DNA from: Curvularia clavata
Lineage: Eukaryota
DNA: 64,000 nt
Assembly (NCBI GenBank): GCA_023920165.1
Contig: CP089276.1
Location: 1,426,001 to 1,490,000, forward strand
Direction: 5' to 3'
The notes under the pieces are model-generated. The model saw only the letters and a program-made list of their open reading frames with translations. It was not told the origin of the DNA and ran no database searches. A program made the translations under genes and the position numbers. Positions within the stretch are counted from its first letter, which is position 1. Each line of letters begins with the position of its first letter. This document shows positions 12,987 through 24,521 of the stretch, piece after piece.

Positions 12987-13484
12987 TGAATGTCGAAGGG
13001 TGTTTTTTTTTTCTTGTTTTCTTCACTTGGTTTTCATTTTGGGCTTTTTATCAGGTTGTTACGAGTAGCCTTTGTCTGGTCTTTATCAGGAGGCTCAAGA
13101 TGTCTCGGATACACGGTCGCTATTGTTGGATACCCCCTTTTCGTTGCGTTTTGGATACGAATGGTGTTTATAGTTGAGCTTTGAATGGGTTTTCCTATGG
13201 ATTTTCTCTTATCTCTCATATTTTACGACCATAACGACTCTCCAGCTACTTCTACTTGGGTTTTCAGTGTACTTTCTAGCATACTCTTCATCGAAGCAGT
13301 TAAATTTCGGTTTCTGTCTAGCCTAACCAAGTGAGTGCCATCTCAGCGTCAGCCTTATTGCAGCAAACCTTCATAATTACGAAAGACATCAATCTTTGAC
13401 TGAGCTACCACCTTCTACTCTCTCTCTCTTTACCAAATCCCCAGTCTTCGTGCCTGCCTAGGTACTCCACCCACCTACCCTTTT

Positions 13485-14224
13485 CCCTCACCACATACAT
13501 CCACCCTAACTACCCCCACGCACCCGAATCCCACATACCCAGGCATAAAGAAAAGTGAAGCTGCGCCACGCATAAACGAGGTACGGCGCACCGAAGAAGC
13601 TTCATTTTCCCGTGCATAGTCCTGCCTTACCACTGCACCCGCTGCGCCACACCGCTGCGCCCCGCTACCCTTCTCCCCGCCCGCGTGAGCGCCTGCAGAG
13701 GAAGCATGGGACTTTTGTACTCCATACAACTTTCACTCGATGCTTGCCGTTGGAAACGGTGGTACTGACGTCGGCCCATGCATTCTGGAAAGAGGGCGAA
13801 GTTACATGGATATTGTTCCTGCACACACCAGGCTCCAGCGCAACGGTAAGGAAGTACAAAGCCCCCCCCCAAAAAAAAAGTCCTTGCACATGTGCAGGCA
13901 GACTTCTGCAGGACGTTTTGTGGGGAGAAGGAGCCCTGGTCGTGTTCCGGTGTACTGATGCAGGTTGCGTTGGCGGAAGGTTCCCCGGAAGGCAAATGTC
14001 TGCCTACTTTTTTGACGTTGGTGGGTTTTTTTTGCCTTGTGCTAGTCGCCTTGTTGCAACGTCAAAAGATTAGCTGGGTTTCAGGTGATGACCATGTTCC
14101 TGGGAATGTTGGGAATGGAGTTGCGGAAGCGATATGGAATCTCTGAGGAGTTGTTGGGACGCTGCGGCTGGTACAAGGTTAGAGCGTTTAGATGTGTGGT
14201 GTTGGGCTAAGGTATGTGTGAGGG
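13485..14224 (+). ncRNA. Candidate large structured non-coding RNA (unassigned)
   Basis: Many nested helices with the 5' and 3' ends paired and wobbles mostly G-U on the + strand. No credible ORF. Sits in a 2.4-kb gap between convergent genes. Confidence 0.4.
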
Positions 14225-15355
14225 ATATCGATTCGACGATTCGATCTTGCAGCACCATAGCGATCATGAGATTGAATTTTGGACGAACACGGTGTAGAGA
14301 TAGACTATATATACCAGGTGGTAGTTGGATCGCGATCTGCTTTGTCTCTAGAGTGCTTATATACCACTGGTGGAATTACAGAAGATGCGTATTAGTATAG
14401 TAATGCAAAACATGAAATTTAATACAAGTGATCATCTCGATCATTATTCTTTCGCAACTTCTTGTTTCCATTCGTGGTAGTTTGTTACGGGTATTACGGG
14501 GTTCTCATATTTCAAGTCTGACGCATCATGGTTCTTGCTGGTGATATCTCATTCAGAACTTCGATATCACTTACGCCTTCGTGGTCAATTCCTCTCAGGG
14601 TCCTGAACGCTCAAAGAAGAGTTTTCAAATCAGCCCAGAATGGAACGTCAGTTGATTGGGAGGATTAAACCCCCCCAGTGGCATGAATAGAATATGTGTT
14701 TCGCTGGCGCATCAAATCGGGATACAGACAGATACTACAATTCGAAACTGTCCTGTGCTACAAAAATCTCGATCCGCAAGATAGAAAAGCTACGTCTTGA
14801 TCTTTAAACCGATAGAAGCGCAAGTAAATAAGGAGGTGGAAGTACCACCATTGGCACGCAACACGGACCCTAAAGAAACCACTTTTGCTGAAACAGGCAC
14901 ATTAAGCAAAACTGTTAGCACGGAGCTTCGCCCGTCTATCTGGTTTATAGTGAGTTTATTTTCCACTGGAGTATGCCAGGGTGGGGGTTAGGATTTGTAG
15001 TGAATCCTTTCATATACCTTTGACTTCCCTGCCAAGAGAGAAAAGTAACAAGATGAATTCCCTACGTAGCAGTTGAATCGTGCCCCACGAACCCTACACA
15101 CGAAGAGCACCAAAAGTACCAAGAGCAGGAAAGGAACGGGGAGCGGCAGGATATGTATGGGCGAGTTCACCATATATACATTTTCTTTCCATCTATGTTA
15201 CATTTCTATATATGACAGGGTATTTTTTCTTATATATACCACTTTTGTTCCTCCGTTTCTCCTCCTCCAAAGGGAAAAGAAACGAGGCTATGTAATTTGC
15301 GGTTGCGTAGCTATGTAGGAGAGGCGAGGAAAGACAAGAGGAGAGAGTTGAGAAT

Positions 15356-17079
15356 TTACTCCTTCTTGGCAGCAGGTGTTTCTGCTTTGCCAGTGGGATC
15401 GTCCATTGTCCTCGCGCGGTCATCTTGTTCAGCGCGCTCGGCACTGCCGCCGGAGCTCTCGCCAGTGCTAGCCTCTGCTTCTTTGCTCTGCTCCTCAGCC
15501 TTGGCGTCCTGGGTCTCCTTTGCGGGCTTCTCGGCCTCATCAATGTCCTCATGGTCCTTGGGCGAAGCAGTAGCCTTGTTCTCAACGGTCTCAGTTTGTT
15601 CGTTTTCCTCGTTGATGAGTTCCTGCTGCTCCTTGAGGACTTCGAGACGCTGCTTGTTGGTAGCGGCGCCCTCGGCGTTGCGAACCTCTAGATCCATTTC
15701 GTGGTAGAGCTCTTCAGGAATACTGGACAGAACGGCTTCCAGAGCATCAATCTGAGACGTCATTTCCGACTCCTTGCCCTGGGCGTAGACAAAGGCATTG
15801 GAGAGGACCAAGAGAGTTGAAGGAACACCATGCTTGAGACGGAGGTCAAGCCAACTGGTGAGGTCGTCCCGTAACCTGCCGGGAGAAACACCATAGGTTC
15901 GGATACCACGGCTTGCACAAGCAGTCTGGAGCTCGGGCACGGAAAGCGAGTCAACACCCTCGTAGGCAATGGCTCTGTCGTCACGCTTGATCTGACGCAT
16001 GCGCACCCGAATCTGGTAGCGTAGGAAGTTGTCGGTACCAAAGGACGTGATGTTCATGTATCGGCAAATGGAGACAAGTTGAGGACGGGACAAGTTGTCA
16101 AGAGTCAGGTCATCCTTGAAGATCTTGCAGACCTTGATAATCTCCTCTGGTGTTGGCTTCTCGCCAGTTGTGCGCACCTTGCGGAAAAACTCGCCGAATT
16201 CGGCAGTCTGGGCGTTTTCAGGAGACACCGGCAAACCGGTTTCCTTGAGCGTCTGGCGAAGGAAGTCGCTAACGTCCTTACGGGTCGCTCGCAGCGTCTG
16301 AGCCTTGGTGTCCTTTGCTGATTGGCCCTCGTATGTGCTGGGGAGCATGTTGGGGAACAGCTTGAGCGCTACGGGAAGAAGCAATTCCGCAAACGGCACG
16401 ATGACGAAAGGCAGGAAAGGAACCAAACGGGCGAGATCCTGCACTGTGCGTTGGAGCTGGATCAGGTTAGCGTTTGGAGGTTGAACTGGTTCTGGCAGAA
16501 AAAGGAACATACCTGTCGACGCTCTCGTCGAGTGAGCTCATAGCCAGCAGCCATCTTCAAGGCGAGCTTGGAGCTGATCTTGATCTCGAAGCCAAGCAGC
16601 TTGGTTCCATCCCAGTAGTGAACCAACTCCTTCTTGACTTTTTGCCAGACGGTGAGCTTCTTCTTGTCCTCGTCCTTCTTTGCCATGATCTTCTTCTCTT
16701 CCTTAGTCTCGGCTGCTTCCTTGTCTGCTGCCAACTCCCTAATTGTCTGAACATCCTGAGCCGGTGTCTTTGGGTGTGCGGTTGGGCCGGATTTGGGAAT
16801 GATGGTGCCCTTTTCAAGTTGTAGCTTTGCTTGTTGTGGGGCCTTGTCCTGGTCCTGCCTGGAGAGTGGTTGGCTTGCTTTTTTGGGGTCGAAGCCAGGG
16901 GGTGGGTAGTTCTGTGCCGGGTTGGATGACGTCGACTCGGTCTGTAGGGCTCGGAGTGGGATGAGGATGCGAATTGCAGGCGAAGTCCTCAGCATGGGGC
17001 GATGGGTGCGGGTGCTTGTCCTGATGCCTGCTCTGAAGACTGCGGGCGCTGCCCGTGAGGCATTTCTGGTGGCGTACAT
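15356..17079 (-). CDS. MDM38: LETM1/Mdm38-family mitochondrial inner membrane protein, 2 exons
   Basis: Arg/Ala-rich presequence [71 protein letters not shown]. Intron 16457-16512. Confidence 0.92.
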
Positions 17080-17807
17080 TGCGCCAGGGGCGGGCGAAAT
17101 GGGTAGGGAGCGACGTGTATTGGAGCAGCGATTAAGGTATTGGCGCAGGAGAAGCAACAACGAGAGGTGGAAAGGAGAGAGGGGGGGAGACGGGGGAAGT
17201 GGATTGGGTTATGCAGTTGAGAAAATAATGGCCCTGTCTGACGTTGCGTGGTTCGGAGTTAGAGGCCTAGGGACCGCCGTGGCCGTGGCCGGGCGATCGT
17301 CCAAAGCTTGGTCGCCACCAACGGGCCCGCAGAAGCGACTAGATCCACGCCTGTGTCGATGGCATGACGGGCAATTAAATCACCGAGGAACAAACCGGGA
17401 CGAGTCCTGGGCGGGTGCTGTTGTGGTGTTGTGCACGCGGGTCATCTGGAGAATGGCCGAGGCCTGCCGGGTCCGATGGCCGCAACCTCGAGTGGCTCCA
17501 ATGCGACTGAGCAGTGCCGTCCCCTCTTCTCCACGCTTACCCGAAGGTCGCTGGGCTCCTGTCCTGTAGAAAATCGTCCTTGGCCGCGTCGCCATTCTCC
17601 GTCCTGCTTCCTCGTTTCTTTTCTTCCCCAGACCGCCGTTCCCCGCCCTTTCGCCCTGCTTATCATGGAACTTTCTTAATATTTTACCAGCCCGCCGCGA
17701 AGCCCGCTGCGCTTCTCCCCTCGTGCCGACAACTCGCCTAGAATAAATACGCAATCGCAGACCCCCTCTACCCATCTACAGCCATCTTCCAGCACACAGA
17801 CCCCATA

Positions 17808-18658
17808 ATGCATATACCGACACTATCGAGAGCGGCCAGAATCATCCTGGTGGGCGCGCCAGGCGTGGGCAAGGGAACGCAGACAGAACGGTTGATGAAG
17901 AAATTCTCCGAACTATCAGCCATCAGTTCTGGCGACCTGCTGAGGAAGAATGTCAGAGAGCGGACGCCTCTCGGTATGCGCGCTCGCTGCCCACACGTCG
18001 AAAATGCTAATTCGTTGTAGGCATCAAGGCCGAGTCCACGATGAAGTCGGGAAAACTGGTGCCAGACACCATGATCCTGCGCCTGATTGTAAATGAACTG
18101 ACGACACGGGGGTGGATACGAGACAATGCACTGCGCCCATATGCGCTCAACTTCAGCTCCATGGACATGGCCGAACATACCGTCGACTCGGTCATGATTC
18201 CGTCTGAAGTGCGGGCCCCGCGCTACACCTTCTCCAACCACCCTTCGGCATCCTTCATCCTTGACGGCTTCCCGCGAACCGCTGTCCAGGCAATCCAACT
18301 TGACAACATTGTGCCCATCAACCTGGTCGTTCATCTCAACACTCCCAGCGACATCATCATTGACCGCATCTGCAATCGCTGGGTGCATGAGCCCTCGGGG
18401 CGTGTCTACAATACCACCTTCAATGCGCCCAAGGTGCCAGGCAAGGACGACGTAACAGGTGAGCCGCTTACACGGCGCGCAGACGATGACCCAGAGGTGT
18501 GGAAGGCGCGCCTCCAGAGCTTCAAGGAAACCAGCGAGCCCCTGTTGGAGCACTACGACAAGCTGGGCGTCCTGTGGACAGTGAACGGCAACAGCAGCGA
18601 CGAGATATCTCCACAACTGTTTAATGAGTTTGGCAAGCGCTTCGGTGCTGAGCCGTAA
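17808..18658 (+). CDS. ADK2: GTP:AMP phosphotransferase / mitochondrial adenylate kinase (AK3-type)
   Basis: P-loop GAPGVGKGTQ, LDGFPRT, LID region RWVHEPSGRVYN...DDVTGEPLTRRADD. Intron 17974-18020. Confidence 0.92.
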
Positions 18659-19257
18659 TGTGTGACCATGAATGGGCTTGGGTTATGAGTGTTTGATTAT
18701 GTCACGCATGATACCGCTGTACTTTTGATACCCGGATCAGAGGCCCAGGGAGGCCTACTGGGAGTATGAACATGGCTATACACGCGTCAGAGGCGCGCCC
18801 TCGTTTGATCGAGTGTGCCTTGCGCATTCACTGTAGATATTGATTCACTTGAGTGTTATTCCAGGCTTGGTGCACTGGTCAGAGTAGAAATAATCAACAA
18901 ATGTATACCAAAACATACATCTGCTGAGCTATAGCGTACATGACACTCAACTACACACTACAGGAGAGCGCCCATGGCCTTGGAGCCATATACGGGGGCA
19001 TGCAGTGGTGGTCGATTACCTTGGAGGGGGAGGGTAAAGGCGGCAGCCCAGACCACGCTAACGCTGCCTCTCCAACCGACGTCACCGACTCAGCCCCGAG
19101 CCTGCGCTTACCAAGTCTCCAGCAGACGGCAAGCCCTCGCGGCCCATTTGAAGACTTACAAGACGAGCTAGAATACGACCGCCTGAGCGACCTCGAAGAG
19201 CTCAAACACTGTTACCTAATACGCCCTCGGCATTCCACCGCACCCCGCAGACGCGCA

Positions 19258-20586
19258 ATGGCGACCGATTTCAGCGAAGGGCGCCTCGAGACGTTCGTCG
19301 GCAGCCCCCAGAAAGAGCTGCCAGGCACCCAGAACCAATATGTCTCGTACCTCGTCACCACAAAGGTTGGTAGTCAGGCCCGCAGCTGCGGCTTTGTCCT
19401 CGCGTTGCCCGTCTCTAACACGTAGCCCCGCCTATAGTCCGACTTCCAGTCCTTCCAGAAACCCGAATTCTCCGTGCGCCGTCGCTTCACAGACTTTGTC
19501 TTCCTCTGGAAACAGCTATCTAAGGAGTATCCACAATGCGCCGTCCCCCCGCTGCCCGACAAGCACAAGATGGAGTATGTGCGCGGAGACCGCTTCGGTC
19601 CGGACTTTACACAGAGACGAGCCCATTCTCTGCATCGCTTCCTCAAGCGAATAGCGTTGCACCCGGTACTGCGAAGAGCTGTGCTCGTCATCACTTTCCT
19701 TGAGAGCCCAGACTGGAATCAGCATATGAAGGGAAGGCCATCGAGGGCAGCAAGCGGGTCTGACCAGGGCAGTGGGGGCTTCGTCGATGCAATTGCAGAC
19801 ACATTCGTCAACACTTTTACCAAGATACACAAGCCCGACCAGCGCTTCATCGAAGTCAGCGAGCGGGCCAACAAGCTTAGCGAGGATCTGAACAACGTCG
19901 AAAAGGTCACGGTAAAGGTCGCCAGGCGACAGGGAGATTTGGAGACCGACTATACCGATTTAGCGACACAGTGCCAGAAGCTAACTACCATGGAGCCCGC
20001 GGTAGAGGGAAATTTAACCTCATTTGCCGCGTCCGTCAACACTACCTCGCAAGGCTTCAAGTCCATACGGGACCACACAGACCAAAACTACTTGACTAGT
20101 CTGCGGGACATGGATGCCTACATCCAGGCTGTCAAGACTCTTCTCCGGACAAGGGAAGGCAAACAACTGGATTTCGAGCAGCTGAGCGAATATCTGGCCA
20201 AATCTGCTGCGGACCGTGATTCGCTGGCTAGTGCGACAGGGGCGGGCATGGGCGCATCCGGCTTCCTGCGATCTAAAGTCGAAGATTTCCGGGGCATCGA
20301 TCACGACCAAGCGCGCCGGCAGCGCGTCCGCAAGTTGGAGGTGGAGATAGAGCGTCTGACTGGCGAAGTGGAGCTCTCAAAGAAAGCCAGCGAGGCATTC
20401 GACGAACATACCGTCAAGGAGGTGGCTGACTTTGAGCGAATCAAAGCCATTGAGTTCAAGGACACGCTCGGCGATCTGGCAGATGCGCATGTTGAATTCT
20501 TCCAGGGAACGATTGAGACATGGGAGAAGTTTCTGGAGGACATGCGGAAGGAGGAGGATCAAAGGAAGGCGGTTGCAGCATCGTAG
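19258..20586 (+). CDS. SNX4: Sorting nexin-4 (PX-BAR)
   Basis: PX domain YVSYLVTTK/SDF...VRRRFTDFVFL...VPPLPDK followed by a BAR coiled coil. Intron 19366-19437. Start uncertain because the frame is open back to 18940. Confidence 0.9.
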
Positions 20587-20746
20587 AATGGTGACCATCT
20601 TGCGTCTAGCTAGAAGCGACTGCAAGAGTATCTACGTAGCCTGATGCTTCTGCCAATCGTAGTACAGGGGTGCTAGCCTTGTATGACCTTGGTTATATAA
20701 TTTGAGCTTTGGTTCTGAACATGACGAGCGACTCTGTCGGAGAGTC

Positions 20747-20802
20747 CTTGTTGGAGGGCCTTTGTTGAAGGGCCTTTGTTAAAGGGCCTTTGTTGGAGAG
20801 TT
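20747..20802. repeat. 14-bp tandem repeat x4 (TTTGTTRRAGGGCC)
   Basis: cttgttggagggcc / tttgttgaagggcc / tttgttaaagggcc / tttgttggagagtt. Confidence 0.85.
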
Positions 20803-20979
20803 CCTGCTCCAGCGGGTTGCCCGTCGCTGATAGGATATCAATATTTTTTTGCACGTCATAAGATTGAAAAAAAAAGAGACAGAACCATCTTTTCTTCGTG
20901 TGCGTTTCTGATATGATAGGTGCTACATGGTTCAGCCCGAGGGCTGATTGGTAGCAGATAAAGGCCACTGCCACTGTCT

Positions 20980-21430
20980 GCGGTCGAAACCTTCTGACTC
21001 GATGCTCACCTTACGCTTGACAGCCTATCATAAAACCCCACACTTCCTGTCTAAGATTGAAGACCTTTTCTCCCACGGTTGACACTCTGACTCAAGGCCA
21101 TACAGCCCATGGTTGAGGCTCTCGCCCAATATAAAAACCCCATGCCCTCCCTATACGATCCAAGCATCCTTCTTTCCAACACTGTCTACAAAATATCAGA
21201 GTAGCTTTGTTCCACGGTTCACAACCTCTGATTCAAAATTCACGTGACGGTTCCCATCGCCCAATATAAAAACCCCATACCTGCCTCATAAGATTCAAGC
21301 ATCCTTCTTCCCAGTACTCTCAGTAAAAGATCAGGCCCACTTTATTCTACGGTTCAAAGCCTCTGACTCAACATCGCCCATTTTAAAAACCCCATACTCT
21401 CTGTAGCACCTTTCTTCCTCATACTCTCTC
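20980..21430 (+). promoter_or_regulatory. Four degenerate tandem ~95-140 bp modules, each CGGT..CTCTGACTCA followed by TCGCCCAATATAAAAACCCCA
   Basis: TGACTC-like sites at 20995, 21088, 21229 (TGATTCA) and 21364. TATA-like boxes at 21029, 21130, 21265 and 21382. Confidence 0.65.
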
Positions 21431-21663
21431 CATAAGCTTCAAACATTTGTCTTTCACAAGGTCGTCACGACAAACAGTCATAGAATAAAGCCGCCTCACT
21501 GCCTCACTTGACAACATCGCTCATACGGCCCATTGTGAAATATCATACTCTCTTCATCAAGACTAAATCGCCTTTCTTCCACAAGGCAGACGCGACAAAT
21601 AGTCAGAGCATAAAACTGCCCTCACCTGACAATCAAAGCATATCGCTCACCAGGGAGTACGGA

Positions 21664-22323
21664 ATGGCAAACACAGTCATTACTCCAGAGTCCAGTATGA
21701 CTGTACAAACCAGAGAGGCTCCATTTCAACCCTCTCCAGATTGGTCTGCCCTGCCTCTAGAAGTCCGTCACAGGGTGTACAAATATGTCTTCGGCAAAAG
21801 CGTTCTAAACATTGAAAGGAGCGGTGATGTCGCTGGAGATCTCTATAAGCGATTCATCACCAGAAAGCTCAACTGCAGACTGGTGTTTGGAACCTATGAT
21901 GACGAGATGATAGCGCCACTAATCACCTGGCGCGTCAAGACCCCAGACCGTCTTCTCGAGTGGCTTAGCCAGCGGCTTGAGTATCGAGAGCTCATCTACA
22001 AATTGATTATTCACAGCGGCACAAGCAGGGAAGAGGGCCCGCAGCATCTTCACGTTTTTGGGCGCGGTCTTTGCTTTTACACATTTTCGTCATGGTTTGA
22101 TGACCAAAATCTGGCTCTTAAGTGGATACTGCCACGCCTGAAGAGGCTCTCTTTTGAAATTCACAAGAGCCAGATTATTGCCGAATTGCCTGAGGCGGAA
22201 AACCCAAACACAAAATATGAAACGTTGCTTGAATGGATGAAGGATATTGAATTCATCAACCCTGGTGTGCAAGTGAGACTTCGACATGATAGCAAGGCAG
22301 TTGTCGGCGGCATAGAGAATTAG
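21664..22323 (+). CDS. Orphan-like protein with F-box/2EXR-like N-terminal motif
   Basis: Intronless 219-aa ORF from ATG 21664. WSALPLEVRHRVYKYVF resembles the fungal LPxE(I/V)RxxIY motif. Confidence 0.6.
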   Translation: MANTVITPESSMTVQTREAPFQPSPDWSALPLEVRHRVYKYVFGKSVLNIERSGDVAGDLYKRFITRKLNCRLVFGTYDDEMIAPLITWRVKTPDRLLEWLSQRLEYRELIYKLIIHSGTSREEGPQHLHVFGRGLCFYTFSSWFDDQNLALKWILPRLKRLSFEIHKSQIIAELPEAENPNTKYETLLEWMKDIEFINPGVQVRLRHDSKAVVGGIEN

Positions 22324-22547
22324 AATAATAGGGTGTCTAGATTGTGTGTAATGGCTCTAACGTAAGGGAGGAGAAATTAGATATTTTGTCGATTTTTGTT
22401 GATGAATTGTGATAGCTCTAACACACAAGAGGAGCTTGACTTGTTAAGTTTTATTGCTGAAAACGTGTCCTCTGTAATTAGTTATTAGATAATTGAATTA
22501 AACCAAAAAATCCTTCACAAAATCATTTTCATAACATTAATAAGTAA

Positions 22548-22638
22548 CTGTGGCAACTACAGCTACTTTTCAAAGTGGAGTTGTAAGTACTCAGGACGAG
22601 GTGGAGAATAGATACCTGTGACAACTACAGCTACTTTT
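22548..22638 (+). repeat. Two copies of dispersed 23-bp motif CTGTGRCAACTACAGCTACTTTT, 68 bp apart
   Basis: Copies at 22548-22570 and 22616-22638. The same motif occurs at 42866/42935 and, on the minus strand, at 53243/53310/53379. Confidence 0.85.
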
Positions 22639-22970
22639 AAGCAACAGGGTCGGTATGGAGGCCGCCAGGGCCACGGGGCGGGCCTTTCACGTGCCAGAGC
22701 GATTGGGAATGGGAGCTAAGCTATGACGTTCTCAATCTCGCTGGACCCCTTGCAAACCGCTCCCGCGCCGACGGACCCGTCCCTTTTACAAGTTTGACCG
22801 CCGCCCAAGTCAACCGCACCGCCCACCCCATCCCACACGAGACAGGCGGCTCCCAAAGAGTGCAGATTCCCCCGCCACAGCGCATGGTCTGCTCCCTACT
22901 ACACCCTATATAAATTAATCCCGCCCCGCCAATCTTAATGTCGTTGCCACACCCCGTCACAACGCCCACC

Positions 22971-24521
22971 ATGCCGCCGAGCAAAGGTACACCGTTCCCC
23001 CCCTGGCGCGTCCTATTTTAGCTACCGACTTTTTTTAATTTTTTTTGCTAACCACCGACATGTCTGCAGAGACTAAAAGGCATGAGTGCGTGTCTGAAGA
23101 CGCCCTGCAGCATCTCAGGACATACAAATACTCGAGTGTCGACAAATCCTTCATTTCCCGCTACATCCTCAAGCATTACGTACGCTCCCCGCAAACCTCA
23201 CCCACACACCCATCTGACTTTTCCCGCAGTGGAATGCCTTTGTCGAACTCTTGCCGCTCTGGATCGCACCCAACCTCGTCACATTGCTAGGCTTCTTCTT
23301 CATCCTGGGAAATGTTGCGCTGCTCGAGGTGTACATTCCGGATCTCGTCGGACCGGCTCCCTCATGGGTCTACTACAGCTTCGCCTTTGGCATGTGGATG
23401 TGAGCAAGCACTGAGTCTGCGAGCGCTCCCAGCAGCCTGCTAACGGTCGTGCAGGTACTCGACCATGGACAATGTCGACGGAAAGCAAGCGCGTCGCACC
23501 GGCACATCGAGCCCCCTGGGTGAACTTTTCGAGTACGTGACAATATAGCCCAAACGCGCCATATCACGTCACTGACTCTGACATAGCCATGGAATTGATT
23601 CTCTGAATTGCACACTAGCCAGCCTGTTGGAGACTGCTGCTGTTGGATACGGTTCGACCAAGATTGGTGCTTTCACTGCCCTTGTACCTGTCCTCCCCAT
23701 GTTCTTTTCCACATGGGAGACGTACCACACGCACACGCTGTATCTAGGATACTTCAACGGACCTACAGGTGAGTTTGGCCACTTGCGCTCTCTTGGAAAC
23801 TAGCTCACGCGACACAGAGGGTCTGATTCTTGCATGCACCTTCATTTGCATGTCCGGCTACTTCGGCCCGGAAATCTGGTCGACCCCGCTCGCCAACTAT
23901 TTCCCGTCCTACAAAGCAGAGATTGGTGAAATCACCCTCAAGGAACTCTGGGTGCCAATCATCTTATTCACCTTTTTTGTTGCGCATCTTCCTGAGTGTA
24001 TTCTCAACGTTGCGCGCGCCCGCCGGTCTAGGAACCAGCCTTTCCTTCCTTTGATCAAGGAATGGACACCTCTCATCATCTTTGTCGTGTGCAGCATGGC
24101 CTGGCTTGGATCGCCCTACTCGAAGCTACTCGAGGATAACCACCTCGTTCTCTACTGCTTAACCATGTCGCTGGTTTTCGGACGCATGACAACCAAGATC
24201 ATCCTGGCGCATCTCACCCACCAGCCCTTCCCTTACTGGACTGTTATGCTTGCGCCCATGATTGGCGGCGCTCTGATTGTCAACCACCCATACTTTACCA
24301 TTCCCGGCACCACTTTCGGCCCTGTATCTGCCAGCTTCGAGCTCTGGTACCTCCGCGCCTACTTTGTCTTTGCCGCTGTTGTCTACGGAAAGTGGGCGCA
24401 TCTGGTCATCACGAGCATATGCGACTACCTCGGCATCAACTGCTTTACCATCCCCAAGCAGACGAACGAGAAGAAGTCGCGGTCGAACGGTGTTGTAGAC
24501 GGCAAGGGTCGCACCGACTAG
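22971..24521 (+). CDS. Choline/ethanolamine phosphotransferase (CDP-alcohol phosphatidyltransferase; CPT1/EPT1 family), multi-exon
   Basis: [27 protein letters not shown] and the CDP-alcohol motif [27 protein letters not shown]. Multiple TM helices; 5 short introns. Confidence 0.92.

Noticed and set aside
13224..13240. TACGACCATA resembling the 5' end of 5S rRNA (similar word near 4256)
   Set aside because: Similarity stops after ~10 nt and no internal 5S sequence follows.
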